Counted from the stretch's first letter, positions 1 through 12,625 are shown. The stretch: 64,000 nucleotides of DNA from Rhynchopus sp. YZ270_cl-10 (GCA_964035575.1 OZ037844.1:1116001-1180000); one strand, 5' to 3'. Numbers and translations are program-made. Notes: generated by a model not told the origin, from the sequence alone.

Positions 1-1094
1 CTATCGCAAGCAGAGTGAAGGGGTGTCCGTTCTTCTGTAGTCTGTGCCTCAACATCTGCCCCTGCATCAATGAGCACCTGCACCGCAGCAGAGCGCTTAA
101 GAAACACAGCCCCGTGCACTGGAGTGAAGCCCATGGTATTAGAGTGGTTCACATCCACCTCGGGAAAACCCACAAGATAGCGCACAGTCTCAGTAGTTCC
201 ATTGACAGCAAGGATAAGACATGCGTTTCCTCCGTTGTCAGTGGCACACACTCCTGCACCTGCCCTAATCAACACCTTCACAAGCGAGAGGCCCCCTTCC
301 ATGCTGGCGATGAGCAGAGGCGAACGTCCCTTCCCCCCCTTCACCTCGATGTCAGCCCCTGCATCAATAAGCACCTCCACCACATCTGCATGGTTTTTCT
401 CAGCAGCAAGGAGCACTGCAGTGTTGCCGTAACTATCCTGATTCACATCCACCTCTGCAAGGTCCGCGAGATAGCGCACAGTCTCAGTGTTGCCAAAGGC
501 CGCAGCCAGCAGAAGACATGTGTATCCGTCGTTGTCGGTAACACGTACTCCTGCACCTGCTCTTACCAACATCTTCACAACATCGAGTGCTCCTGAACGA
601 CAAGCCAAGTGCAGAGGTGAACGTCCATTCTCATCCTTTGTCTCGATGTCTGCACCTGCATCAATGAGCACCTGACACACTGCAGGGTCCTCCCACATGG
701 CTGGACAGTCTTCTTCTTCTTCCTCCTGCCCGTGTGGGACAAACGCAACGTTGCTGCAGACTGACTTCCAATGCTGCAAGAGGACCTCCGTGCACGCAGT
801 GTGGTCTGCGTGGATGCACTCACTCAGCAGCATCCCGAAGCCCATCTGCGTTGTCTCAACATACGGAAGAAGCAGTGCGAGGCATTCATCGTGGTTCCCT
901 CTGCATGCCTCGTGCACAGCATCGAAGGAAACCGTTTTGCTGTCTGTGTCTGGGCTGAGCTTCTCAAGTCCCACCCGCACGGCAGTCGTGTCGCCGTTCC
1001 TGGCAGCCTCCACCAAGACCGAGTCTGCAGAAAGTGTTGTGCTGTTTGAAGCCTTCTCGTCAGGTGTGCTGTCTGCGTGTTGCTCCTTTGACAT
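1..1094 (-). CDS. Ankyrin-repeat protein, 3' end beyond window edge (364 codons visible)
   Basis: Manual minus-strand translation from ATG at 1094 is stop-free to base 3 (MSKEQHADSTP...VLIDAGADIETKDENGRSPLHLACRSGALDVVKMLVRAGA...GNTAVLLAAEKNHADVVEVLIDAGADIE...ERTPLHSACD). It has canonical G-x-(T/S)-P-L-H-x-A ankyrin motifs. It is absent from the ORF track because no stop lies inside the window. Confidence 0.93.
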   Translation of the reverse strand, partial: MSKEQHADSTPDEKASNSTTLSADSVLVEAARNGDTTAVRVGLEKLSPDTDSKTVSFDAVHEACRGNHDECLALLLPYVETTQMGFGMLLSECIHADHTACTEVLLQHWKSVCSNVAFVPHGQEEEEEDCPAMWEDPAVCQVLIDAGADIETKDENGRSPLHLACRSGALDVVKMLVRAGAGVRVTDNDGYTCLLLAAAFGNTETVRYLADLAEVDVNQDSYGNTAVLLAAEKNHADVVEVLIDAGADIEVKGGKGRSPLLIASMEGGLSLVKVLIRAGAGVCATDNGGNACLILAVNGTTETVRYLVGFPEVDVNHSNTMGFTPVHGAVFLKRSAAVQVLIDAGADVEAQTTEERTPLHSACD

Positions 1095-2892
1095 GGTTTT
1101 GGTTTTAGATTCTATTCGATGTTGTGTCTATTATGCTGTTTCTTTTTGTGGAGGTTGTGAGGTGAGTGGTGGGTGTGCCCACGTCAGGGCTGTCTCTTCT
1201 GCCTTGGGCGTGACTGTGTAGAAGTGCTCCAAACACTCCACTCTGGGTGTCAATTGAGGTGTATGGGGAGAGGGAGGGGGAGGAAAAGAGGAAGTGGTTG
1301 CTGCTGTCTGTTTTTGCATCGACGTTTGTCTAGGTTTTGTTTCTGGGTTTTGCTTTCTTCTTTGGGGGGGAGGAGAGAGCGTGGTCCTCAATCAGACGGA
1401 GAAAAAGAAAGAGGAGTTGAAACGTACTCAAACAGCTCGGTCACGCTCATGCTAGGTTAGGGTGGGACGTTCGAGCGTTCCGTACCGTGAGAGAACGGAG
1501 GCGGTTCACAACCGCTGGAAAAGCACGCTACCGCTTTACCCCCAAGACTAAATGGCCCGCTCTGATTTTGCACGATAGTTTCGGGAGTGAGAGAAGAAAA
1601 CATTGTTAAAAAGATGAACCTAAGCCTCGCGTGCTTGGAAGGATGCTGGAGGTGTCTGCCTGCTCAAGGAGAACCTGCACTGCACGCCACTGCTTGGTCT
1701 GCTCTGCATTCTTTCGTCAATGTTGAAATGCTCCTTCTTCCCACATCCAGTGGAAGTGCTCGTACCCCATACTGTACATGCTTCGAGAAGAGGGGTACGT
1801 GTACGAACCGATCGTAGAGGAGGAACGAGAAAAAATTGTTGGAGTAGTGTAGTTGTCTCGGTTGTGCTGCCACAGTTTGTGCAATCTCTACGTTCTTTTT
1901 CTTTTCTTTTTTAGTTGCTGCTGTTGTTGCTTGATATGTACTATGCACCACGACTCCTGGACAAAGTACAAACACGTTCTCCACCCTCACCCCGCCCACA
2001 GCTACCCGTTGCCAACAACAGTCGTGAGACGGCATCATTGTAAAGTTAGGAGAGAGGCGAGTAAAGGGGGAGCAGACCTATTATTACACCTTAAAAAAAA
2101 ATTTTTTCCTGAAAAATCCCAAAAAAGTTTAACTTTTGAAAAGTTTAATGACCTATTATTACAGTGCTATTTAAGCGCTATTTAACCACTATTACACCTA
2201 TTCCACCTATTACCCCCTATTCCACCCTTACCGCCCCCACATAGTCAATAGTCCTGTAAGGATTACAAGACAAAATCATTCCAACTTTTAATACATGTCT
2301 GGCACTGACTCTCCTGTGATTGTGTCTGCACCGCCTAAACCAGAACCTCAATAAGTGGATCTGGATGAGTCTCTGGATGTGGATGTGGAGATGGAAGATG
2401 AGCCGATCCCTGTCGTTGACCTCGATCACGATGTGATAGAGCCTTTTGAGATCGACAGCGACAACGAGCTCAGTTGTAGCCTTGATGCAATTTAGTTTTG
2501 CTAATCCTTACCACTCCCTCTTGATCGTGGTATGCAAAGATCTGAAAAGAAAACAACAGGTACCCACGAACATGTGGCAACAAACACAACCAGCACAACG
2601 CAACCGATCTGTACGCAACGAAAGGAACCCAAGCAAGGCTACGAGGTTACCAAACGCAAAAAAGGAACCCAAGCAAGGGAACGAGTGGTTACCAAACGCA
2701 GCCCACCTTCGGTGGGCTGCTCAAACTCGTCCCCATGGGCAAACCCCTTTGTGTCTTTGCGTTACACACAACGCTCTGCACATGCTATGCAGGCGTTAAC
2801 CACAACGTGTGGTTGCCAAACGCGTGCCGTGTGTGGCCCACGCATGGTTCTCACACCGCCAACCCACCCTACCACCTTAGGGTCACACCTAT

Positions 2893-3890
2893 TAAAGGGG
2901 GGGTGGACCTATTATCCGGGTAGACCTATTATCCCTAGGATAATAGGTCCCCCTGTTTTGGAGTTAAATTTTAACTTTTTAACTTTTGGGATGGTAAAAA
3001 AAATTTTATTAAAAATTTGGGGTGGGATTCTGGCGTTCGGCCAGTTTGCGTGCTCGCTTTCATGCCGGTTTTGCCAGCGCAGGCTGCAGCAAGGCCATCT
3101 TCCTTCCTGGCGTTGCAGCTGGGGCAGAGGGTCTGAGGATGATGGTGGGGCTGGTTGGGCAGGTTGGGCTGCTTGTACTTCTGCTGCTGGGGCATCTATC
3201 TCCATCACCTCAGAGTCCACAGGGCTGTCTGGCTGCTCCACCTCCAAGACCTCTTCCTTCACCTGCAGCAGCTCCTCCTTCACCTCCCCTTTGCGCACCT
3301 TTGCCTTGTGCGTTGAACATCGCGTCCAGGCGCTTTTTTCCCTTAGGGAGGGCTTTTGGTGGCTTTGCTGCCAAAAGCTCGCATCGTCGTCCTCAGTCTC
3401 GTCGTCTTCAATCACCATCACGGCCTCCCTGTGAGCTTCCAGAGGTTCCGCAACACGTTAGCTAGCGCCGCAGGCGCACGGTGCGCTACTTTTTCTTTCG
3501 CCATGCTGCATTCCCCCATTCCGGTTAAATTGAAGAAAATTGTCCCCTACGAGTAGAATTCTGTGGGGGGGTAGGTGAGAGGCGGGTCGGAGCCCCCGCC
3601 CCTCACCTACCCCCACCCCAGCCCCAATCCAAAACCCAAATTACCTCCGTATGGACACGTATGGATTCTACCTTTTCAAAAATAATTCACGTATGGATTT
3701 CCATACGTTCCACACGTGGAGCGTATCTCTGGTTTACAGGATTGTGCATGTTTAAGGGTAAATTTATTACAGTTAAACTTAAATTTTTTTAAACTTTCAA
3801 AAGTTAAACTTTAAATAAAAGGCCAAAAACGGTGGACCTATTATTACGGAATAATAGGTCTACTGTAATAATAGGTCTACCCCCCCTTTA
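2893..3890. mobile_element. Non-autonomous TIR DNA transposon (TIR AAGGGGGGGTRGACCTATTAT; TA or degenerate TTAA target)
   Basis: taaagggggggtggacctattat at 2893 is the near-perfect inverse of ataataggtctacccccccttta ending at 3890. GACCTATTAT/ATAATAGGTC subterminal motifs repeat at both ends. A second, diverged left end sits at 2062-2220. Confidence 0.75.
2912..3421 (-). pseudogene. Acidic/proline-rich coding-like fragment inside the TIR element, product unknown
   Basis: The 169-aa ORF has protein-like composition (IEDDETEDDD, EELLQVKEEVLEVEQ) but runs into the element terminus and has no recognisable domain. Confidence 0.25.
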
Positions 3891-5269
3891 GGAAAAAACA
3901 GTGAGACGGAGTACCCAATCAATACAAACGCAAGCATCGTGTCTACAACTATACCCCTGGGTGCAATTCTTTTTCCACTTCACACTTTCGTCTGAATACG
4001 TACGGTCCACACATCTCACGGTTACAGGGAACTACAAAGTACATTCACAATATCCACGAATTATCAAGTTAACCTTGGGTCACCAACTTCTCCTAAACTT
4101 CCTAAATATTTCCCTCCTTGCTAATTTTGAGCCCGTTCAGACCATGCAAATAGAGTATGTGAGAGTAGCGGTGTATCCTCACTTCATTGTCACCCACCCG
4201 AGTCTGCGGTACATGGCGGATTTTGAAAGAGCGTATTTGCGGAAACGTGGCCATCTCCATTTCATCCAGGCTGTGCCATAACCCTGAGGAACTGCAGTTC
4301 GGCCTCCTTCTCCAAGCCTTGGCATGCCATACGATGTACTCTCAATCCCTGTGCAGTGTGTGTGTACGTGTGCGTTTGGTAACTCTCACTGAAACCACCT
4401 ACCCCTAACAACACACCTGCGTCAGCTCCCCCAGGATACCTTGCTTCATATCACTGGTCGTGCAATGAACCGTGACGGATGTGTGGCTTGTGCAAAGGTA
4501 ACTAAGTCTGTGTACTTTTGTTCTTTACGTCACAGAGCTGGGTCAGAGCATTCATGTGTCCCACCAACAGTCGTTAAGCAAGATTCAATAAAGTCCTTTT
4601 TAGTGAAGAAAAAGTGGTTCTGCGGGACATAAAAAAAAGTAATGTTGAAACTGCGGTGACCTCAGATGCAGGAACTTTCACAACGTCTGTTCTCTAAGAA
4701 GAACGAGACTACATTTGCGAGACATGCCATGAGCACCACTACCCCCGAATAAGGCTAGAGTTCGTCAGGATTGGGATCCTTTCCAGCTATCTTCGACTCC
4801 CACTTTGGTGGTTCAGGCAGCTCACGGTTCAGAATCAGAGTACGAATGCACCCCATCATCTGCACCAACCAGAAATCTCACTCCGTAATCCCCGCCTGGT
4901 GTCACTGCAGGCATCGGAACGTACTCAACCAGATCAATCAAAAACGTCATTAAAAAAACAAATAAAAAAATAAAAAACACTGAATTCAACTCCATGAAGG
5001 AATAATAAAAGCTATTCCTAAGGTATGAAGACAACCTGGGTCTCAACCTTCAAGAAACAGATAGCCTTCGATCCACATGGGAACATTTCTACACGAACTA
5101 CAGAGATTATTGAAACAAAAAAAAAAAAAAAAATTAGGCCCAACAATAAATTCATACCAAGAATAGGGGGTTTGGGACGACACCACTCTCGTACACTTCC
5201 CTTGATCTGTTTGTTGAAAACCTTCATTCAGAAGGATCGAAAAACAGGAACCAAAAACGACGGGTCGAG

Positions 5270-6913
5270 AAGCGCCCGTTTTGGACGTGCGTAAACAGCG
5301 CGTTGAAAAGCGCCCGTTTTGGACGCACGAATACAGCGCGTTGAAAAGCGCCCGTTTTAGACGCACGAAAACAGCGCGTTGAAAAGCATCCGTTTTAGAC
5401 GCACGAAAACAGCGCGTTGAAAAGCGCCCGTTTGAGACGTGCGAAAACAGCGCGTTGAAAAGCGCCCGTTTGAGACGTGCGAAAACAGCGCGTTGAAAAG
5501 CATCCGTTTTAGACGCACGAAAACAGCGCGTTGAAAAGTGCCCGTTTTAGACGTGCGAAAACAGCGCGTTGAAAAGCGTCCGTTTTAGACGCACGAAAAC
5601 AGCGCGTTGAAAAGCGTCCGTTTTAGACGCACGAAAACAGCGCGTTGAAAAGCATCCGTTTTAGACGTGCGAAAACAGCGCGTTGAAAAGCGTCCGTTTT
5701 AGACGTGCGAAAACAGCGCGTTGAAAAGCGTCCGTTTTAGACGTGCGAAAACAGCGCGTTGAAAAGCATCCGTTTTAGACGTGCGTAAACAGCGCGTTGA
5801 AAAGCGCCCGTTTTAGACGCACGAAAACAGCGCGTTGAAAAGCGCCCGTTTTAGACGTGCGAAAACAGCACGTTGAAAAGCGTCCGTTTTAGACGCACGA
5901 AAACAGCGCGTTGAAAAGCATCCGTTGAAGACGCACGAAAACAGCGCGTTGAAAAGCGTCCGTTTTAGACGTGCGAAAACAGCGCGTTGAAAAGCGTCCG
6001 TTTTAGACGCACGAAAACAGCGCGTTGAAAAGCATCCGTTGAAGACGCACGAAAACAGCGCGTTGAAAAGCGCCCGTTTTAGACGTGCGAAAACAGCGCG
6101 TTGAAAAGCGTCCGTTTTAGACGTGCGAAAACAGCGCGTTGAAAAGCATCCGTTTTAGACGTGCGAAAACAGCGCGTTGAAAAGCGTCCGTTTTAGACGT
6201 GCGAAAACAGCGCGTTGAAAAGCATCCGTTTTAGACGTGCGTAAACAGCGCGTTGAAAAGCGCCCGTTTTAGACGCACGAAAACAGCGCGTTGAAAAGCG
6301 CCCGTTTTAGACGTGCGAAAACAGCGCGTTGAAAAGCGTCCGTTTTAGACGCACGAAAACAGCGCGTTGAAAAGCATCCGTTGAAGACGCACGAAAACAG
6401 CGCGTTGAAAAGCGTCCGTTTTAGACGTGCGAAAACAGCGCGTTGAAAAGCGTCCGTTTTAGACGCACGAAAACAGCGCGTTGAAAAGCATCCGTTGAAG
6501 ACGCACGAAAACAGCGCGTTGAAAAGCGTCCGTTTTAGACGTGCGAAAACAGCGCGTTGAAAAGCGTCCGTTTTAGACGCACGAAAACAGCGCGTTGAAA
6601 AGCATCCGTTGAAGACGCACGAAAACAGCGCGTTGAAAAGTGTCCGTTTTAGACGCACGAAAACAGCGCGTTGAAAAGCGCCCGTTTTAGACGCACGAAA
6701 ACAGCGCGTTGAAAAGTGTCCGTTTTAGACGCACGAAAACAGCGCGTTGAAAAGCGCCCGTTTTAGACGCACGAAAACAGCGCGTTGAAAAGCGCCCGTT
6801 TGAGACGTGCGAAAACAGCGCGTTGAAAAGCGTCCGTTTTAGACGCACGAAAACAGCGCGTTGAAAAGCGCCCGTTTTAGACGTGCGAAAACAGCGCGTT
6901 GAAAAGCGTCCGT
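5270..6913. repeat. 38-bp minisatellite, about 43 copies
   Basis: Tandem unit gcgcgttgaaaagcgtccgttttagacgcacgaaaaca with few variant positions. It is cut off mid-unit by the element starting at 6914. Confidence 0.97.
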
Positions 6914-7473
6914 TCCTAAACACTTGTGTTTAGGTTTTTAAGGTTGCTTCCTCCCCACCCTCCCCCTGGGTACCCCCCCCCGGGTGGGGTACCCCAAAAA
7001 TGACCATTTCGCGAAAATACGCCAAAGTGTAAGATTTTTTCGGCATTGGAAAGATTGGGCCAAAAATCCAGTTATTACTAAATCAGATCGCTCAGAGATT
7101 TGTTACTAATTCCTAATTTCGTGTCGCGAGTTTACGTGTAAATTGCCTTAGGAACCGTGCGTTCCTTAAGGATTCTGCAGGCAAAACAGGCGATTTTCAC
7201 CAAAAACCGGAATTTTCGCCTTTTTGGGTGGTTTTTTGGGCCCATACCTGTCCATGTGGTCTGAGAAACGCGATTCTGGGGTGTTAGAAACATGTGTAAG
7301 CCCTTTTGTGGGCAAAAACAAGCCAAAAACCATGCACAACGTGGTATTCTGTGACCAGTCTGATGTTTTAACTGGGTTGAGATCCTTGACGATCGAGTCC
7401 GTTTTGTGCCAGAAGATCTCGCTCATCAACCACACGAGCCAGCAGAAAGTGTTTAGGATTCGCAAAACTAAAT
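6914..7473 (+). mobile_element. Helentron-like non-autonomous element, family A
   Basis: 5' hairpin TCCTAAACACTTGTGTTTAGG and 3' subterminal inverted repeat AAGTGTTTAGGA followed by TTCGCAAAACTAAAT; no TSD seen. A second copy on the minus strand is split into 11453-11778, 27021-27048 and probably 30297-30328. Confidence 0.7.
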
Positions 7474-8526
7474 TCTAGAAAACACTTGTGTTTTCTAGTT
7501 TTTAAAGGTTGCTCTTCACGCCGCCCCCCAGTCTAACACCCCTATCTAACCCCCCCCTGGTGGATCCGACCAAAAACCGGTTTTTTTTAGAGGGTGTAGA
7601 AGCTTCGCCCAGCTCAAAAAACTGTTTCTTTGGAAAGATCGGACACTTTTTGGGGGGTGTATAGGCTCAGCGAAGCGTTAAACCGTTAGAGACCCTGACA
7701 CCAGGGTGTCACGAGTACCCCTTTTATACACGTGTTTCTTAAGGCTTCTACAGGGTTCTACAGGCAAAACAGGCGTTTTGGCCAAAAACCCGGTTTTTCA
7801 GGCAGGTAACCGGGTTTGCGGCTTCGGAAACGTGCCAGCGAGCTGTGAGAAACATGCATGGGTCACACACAACACGAGTTGCAGCAGCCCACCGAAGGTG
7901 GGCTGCGTTTGGTAGCCACACGATACGGTTAACGCGTGTATCGCATATGCATAGCGTTGTGTGTATCGTTTACGAAGACCGTAGTGTGTAACGCACGTGT
8001 AGACCTTTCCGTTATCACAACCACACGAGCCAGCGAAGTGTCACAGCGGCGCAGGTGTTGCGTTAACGCGATGGCGTTAAACCCGTAGCATGCTTTCGTA
8101 CAGATCGCTACGTATGCATCGGTTGCGTTGCGTTCGTTGCATACAGATCGCTACGTATGCATCGGTTGCGTTGCGTTGTATGCGTTGCGTTCGTTGCATA
8201 CAGATCGCTACGTACGCATCGGTTGCGTTGCGTTGCATGCGTTGCGTTCGTTGCATACAGATCGTTACGTACGCATCGGTTGCGTTGCGTTGCATGCGTT
8301 GCGTTCGTTGCGTTGCGTTCGTTGCATACAGATCGTAACGTACACATCGGTTGCGTTGCGTTGCATGCGTTGCGTTCGTTGCATACAGATCGCTACGTAT
8401 GCATCGGTTGCGTTGCGTTGCATGCGTTGCGTTCGTTGCATACGCTGCACACGAATCGTGTATCGCATATGCATAGCGTTGTGTGTATCGTATACGTAGA
8501 GCGTTACGTGCAAACCATAGACAGAC

Positions 8527-10486
8527 CAAGGCTACCAAAGCGACTAGGGTGTCTTTGGTGTCTTTGGGTGTCGACACCGAAAAGACACCCAAAAAAGTCA
8601 AAAAATAGATGTCAATTTTGAGACATTTTTTGTCCCAACTTTTTCCTTAGGGATTTTCCGGGTACTTAGCGAAATTTTCGCCATCGAAAGCTAGCCCCTT
8701 CCACGGTCGCTGTGGCCTCGGGACTTAAGTCGCCGTTAGGGCGACTTAAGTCCCTTGGCCCCAGCGCCCTATGGGGCGCCTCCTCGTCGGGCCGTTAGGG
8801 CCCTCCGGTGGCCAGGGTTTTTCCCTGGCCTTTGAGGCTCGAACTTCCCCGTCAGACCGGAGCTGGTGTGCTTTATGAGGCACGCTCGTCCGGATGGAGG
8901 CTAGCTCGTCCGCCTTCGGCGAGACCCTCTACCTTCGGCGGGCTTGTGTGCCTTCGTAATGTTCGTCCGTTGGACACTCGCCTTGCAATTTTCGCAAAGC
9001 AAAATTTGGTCAAAAATCGTCTTGCACTTGTGAAGGAATTGCTAAGGAAATGTGAAAATATGCGTGTTTTGGTACACAAAAGTGCGTTTTGGGTGGTTCT
9101 GAAGGGTCAAAACACCAAAATTTTGCGATTTTTTGCATTTTTGGTCACCCAAGGACCCACTTTTTTGGGCGAATTTTTTTTTTCCCCTTTGCGAAAAAAA
9201 ATGAAAAAAATCACGGCTATAAGAACGCTAAGGAGAAATCGGTATTCGATTTTTGGGCAGAGAAGTGCGTTTTAGGTGCCCATAGATGGTCAAAACATCA
9301 AAATTTTGGCGTTTTTTGCATCTTTGGACACCCAAGGACCCACTATCAGGGGTGATTTTTTTTTGCCTGAGATTTGCCTTTGCCAAAATCAGAATTTTAT
9401 TTTTGTGAAGGAATTTGCTAAGGAAAATGACAAATAGTAGACCCCTGTAGCAGTGCGTATGGTATAAACCCAGATCGTCAAAACATCAAAATTTTGGCGT
9501 TTTTTGCATCTTTGGACACCCAAGGACCCACTATCAGGGGTGATTTTTTTTTGCCTGAGATTTGCCTTTGCCAAAATCAGAATTTTATTTTTGTGAAGGA
9601 ATTTGCTAAGGAAAATGACAAATAGTAGACCCCTGTAGCAGTGCATATGGTATAAACCAAGGCTCTGATGAGGCCCAGGCCTCCCGGCCGGGAGGCCCGG
9701 CCTCCCCGGCCTCCCGGCCTCCCAAAAAAAAAATTTTTTTTCCGGTGACATCTGCGGAACTTTTTTTTTTTTTTTCCTTAGGAAAAATTTTCGGGTACTT
9801 AGCAAAATTCGGCAAAAAAATATGGATTTTGCTTACGTCGCTACTGGACCGTCTGTGATGGTTTTTTTTGGATTTTTTTTTTTGGATTTTTTTTTCCGAA
9901 ATCGCCCACTCCCAAAAAAAAAATTTTTTTTTTTTTTTGGTGAAAAATTTTGTGATGTCGAAAAAAAAAATTTTTTTTTGGGAGGCCGGGAGGCCTGGGA
10001 GGCCGGGCCTCCCGGCCGGGAGGCCTGGGCCTCATCAGAGCCTTGTATAAACCCAGATCGTCAAAACATCAAAATTTTGACTTTTTTTGAATTTCCCTGT
10101 GCACGAGGTCCCAATCCGAGGCCGAAAAAAAAAAATTTTTTTTTTTGGCGTGGCAAAAGTAGTTGTCAAAAAAAAATTTTTTTTGGGTGTCTTTTGGGTG
10201 TCATTTGGGTGTCGCTTGGGTGTCTCTTGTGTCGTCCACTGTAGCATGCATACGGTATAACCCCAGATCGTCAAAACATCAAAATTTTGACTTTTTTTGA
10301 ATTTCCCTGTGCACGAGGTCCCGATCCCAGGCCGAAAAAAAAATTTTTTTTTTTTTGGGTAGGCAAAAAGTAGTTGTCCAAAAAAAAAATTTTGGGTGTC
10401 TTTTGGGTGTCTTTTGGGTGCACCCAAAAAGACACCCAAAAGACACCCAAAAGACACCCAAATTTGTAGTCGCGTTGGTAGCCTTG
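8527..10486. mobile_element. Non-autonomous hAT-like element, GACACCC-motif ends, 7-bp TSD gacagac
   Basis: Termini CAAGGCTACCAAAGCGACTA ... TAGTCGCGTTGGTAGCCTTG, with gacagac at 8520-8526 and 10487-10493. The host family B sequence is continuous once the element is removed. Confidence 0.9.
9658..10045. mobile_element. 388-bp hAT-like MITE, GGCCTCCC-motif ends, 7-bp TSD tataaac
   Basis: About 49-bp perfect TIR beginning CAAGGCTCTGATGAGGCCCAGGCCTCCC, with tataaac on both sides. The empty site ggtataaacccagatc is present at 9461-9476. Confidence 0.93.
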
Positions 10487-10542
10487 GACAGACCGTTTGA
10501 CACACCAGCCAGCGAAGTGTTTTCAAGACCGTCAACTCAAAT

Positions 10543-11454
10543 TCTAGAAAACACTTGTGTTTTCTAGTTTTTAAAGGTTGCTTTCCTCGCCGCCCCCCAC
10601 CCACAGTAACCCCCCCCGCTGGATCCGACCAAAAACCGGTTTTTTTTAGAGGGTGTAGAAGCTTCGCCCAGCTCAAAAAACTGTTTCTTTGGAAAGATCG
10701 GGCACTTTTTGGGGCGTGTATAACTCAGTTTGAGCTGGGAGCCGTTAGAGACCCTGACACCAGGGTGTCACGAGTACCCCTTTTATACACGTGTTTCTTA
10801 AGGGTTCTACAGGGTTCTACAGGCAAAACAGGCGTTTTGGCCAAAAACCCGGTTTTTCAGGCGGGTAACCGGGTTTGCGGCTTGGGAAACGTGCCAGCGA
10901 GCTGTGAGAACCATGCATGGGCCACACACGGCACGAGTTGTAGCAGCCCACCGTAGGTGGGCTGCGTTTGGTAACCACACGATGCGGTTAACGCGTGTAT
11001 CGCACATGCATAGCGTTGTGTGTATCGTATACGAAGACCGTTGTGTGTAACGCACGTGTAGACCGTTCCGTTATCACAACCACACGAGCCAGCGAAGTGT
11101 CACAGCGGCGCAGGTGTTGCGTTAACGCGATGGCGTTAAACCCGTAGCATGCTTTCGTACAGATCGCTCGTAACGTATGCATCGGTTGCGTTGCGTTGCA
11201 TGCGTTGCGTTCGTTGCATACAGATCGCTACGTATGCATCGGTTGCGTTGCGTTGCATGCGTTGCGTTCGTTGCATACAGATCGCTACGTATGGGTTGCG
11301 TTGCGTTCGTTGCATGCGTTACGCCGCACACGAACCGTGTATCGCTTATGCATAGCGTTGTGTGTATCGTATACGTAGAGCGTTACGTGCAAACCATACA
11401 CATACCGTTTGACACACCAGCCAGCGAAGTGTTTTCAAGACCGTCAACTCAAAT
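10543..11454 (+). mobile_element. Helentron-like element, family B (uninterrupted, about 910 bp)
   Basis: Same 5' hairpin and 3' end as 7474-10542, with a short internal 57-bp array at 11160-11318. Confidence 0.78.
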
Positions 11455-12625
11455 TTAGTTTTGCGAATCCTAAACACTTTCTGCTGGCTCGTGTGGTTGA
11501 TGAGGGAGATCTTCCGGCACAAAACGGAATCGTAAAGGATCTTAACCCAGTTAAAACATCAGACTGGTCACAGAACGCAACGTTTTGCATGGTTTTTGGC
11601 TTGTTTTTGCCCACAAAAGGGCCTACACATGGTTCTAACATCCCAGAATCGCGTTTCCCAGCCCACATGGCCAGGTATGGGCCCAAAAAACCACCCAAAG
11701 AGGCGAAAATCCCGGTTTTTGGTGAAAATCGCCTGTTTTGCCTGTAGAATCCTTAAGGAACGCACGGTTCCTAAGGCATTTGAGTTGACGGTCTTGAAAA
11801 CACTTCGCTGGCTGGTGTGTCAAACGGTATGTGTATGGTTTGCACGTAAAGCTCTACGTATACGATACACACAACGCTATGCATAAGCGATACACGGTTC
11901 GTGTGCAGCGTATGCAACGAACGCAACGCATACAACGCAACGCAACCGATGTGTACGTAGCGATCTGTATGCAACGAACGCAACGCATGCAACGCATGCA
12001 ACCGATGTGTACGTAGCGATCTGTATGCAACGAACGCAACGCATACAACGCAACGCAACCGATGCGTACGTAGCGATCTGTATGCAACGAACGCAACGCA
12101 TACAACGCAACGCAACCGATGCGTACGTAGCGATCTGTATGCAACGAACGCAACGCATGCAACGCAACCAACGCAACGAAACCGATGCGTACGTAGCGAT
12201 CTGTTGAGTATTTACTACCCTCCCTGCGGATTCCCGAAGGCTCCCGGAGGGAGGGTACTTTTTGGATACCATCCCGGTGGAAATTTTTGCCCTCGGGAGC
12301 CCGTTGGGACCCTCGGGGACCCTTGTGGGCCCCTCGGGAGGCCGTGGGGGGGGGCGCTTCGCGCCCCTTACCCCCCCACGGCCTCCCTCGGGGCCCACAA
12401 GGGTCCCCGAGGGTCCCAACGGGCTCCCGAGGGCAAAAATTCACCGGGATGGTATCCAAAAAGTACCCTCCCAACGGAGAGACTGAGGGAATGCGGGAGG
12501 GGAGTAGTTCTCTTTGTTTCACGAGGGAGGGGTCAAAATACACTCACGACTGGCGATATGCGGGTGAATCTTGGCCCCAATGGCCGAATTACGGTTATAT
12601 GGGGCTGTTGTGCCATCACCCACCG

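Larger units (their letters stand above)
7474..10542 (+). mobile_element. Helentron-like element, family B (interrupted by hAT-like insertion 8527-10486)
   Basis: 5' hairpin TCTAGAAAACACTTGTGTTTTCTAG, 3' AAGTGTTTTCAAGACCGTCAACTCAAAT, and internal 57-bp repeats at 8100-8442. It lies head-to-tail with both neighbours. Confidence 0.75.

Noticed and set aside
15..1221. Plus-strand ORFs 15-596 and 697-1221
   Set aside because: They are antisense shadows of the ankyrin gene.
5270..6913. CRISPR-like appearance of the 38-bp array (also 15765-16110 and 20521-23145)
   Set aside because: There are no unique spacers and no cas genes, and the context is eukaryotic transposon DNA.
9291..9657. 188-bp direct duplication (and a ~210-bp one at 10050-10440) as independent elements
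   Set aside because: These are local tandem duplications of core sequence inside the 8527 element, with no termini of their own.
9665..9700. CTGATGA followed by a GGCC hairpin as a hammerhead ribozyme (also 24817-24823)
   Set aside because: No GAAA follows stem II and no stem I/III with a UH site could be built. At 9665 it is simply part of the TIR.
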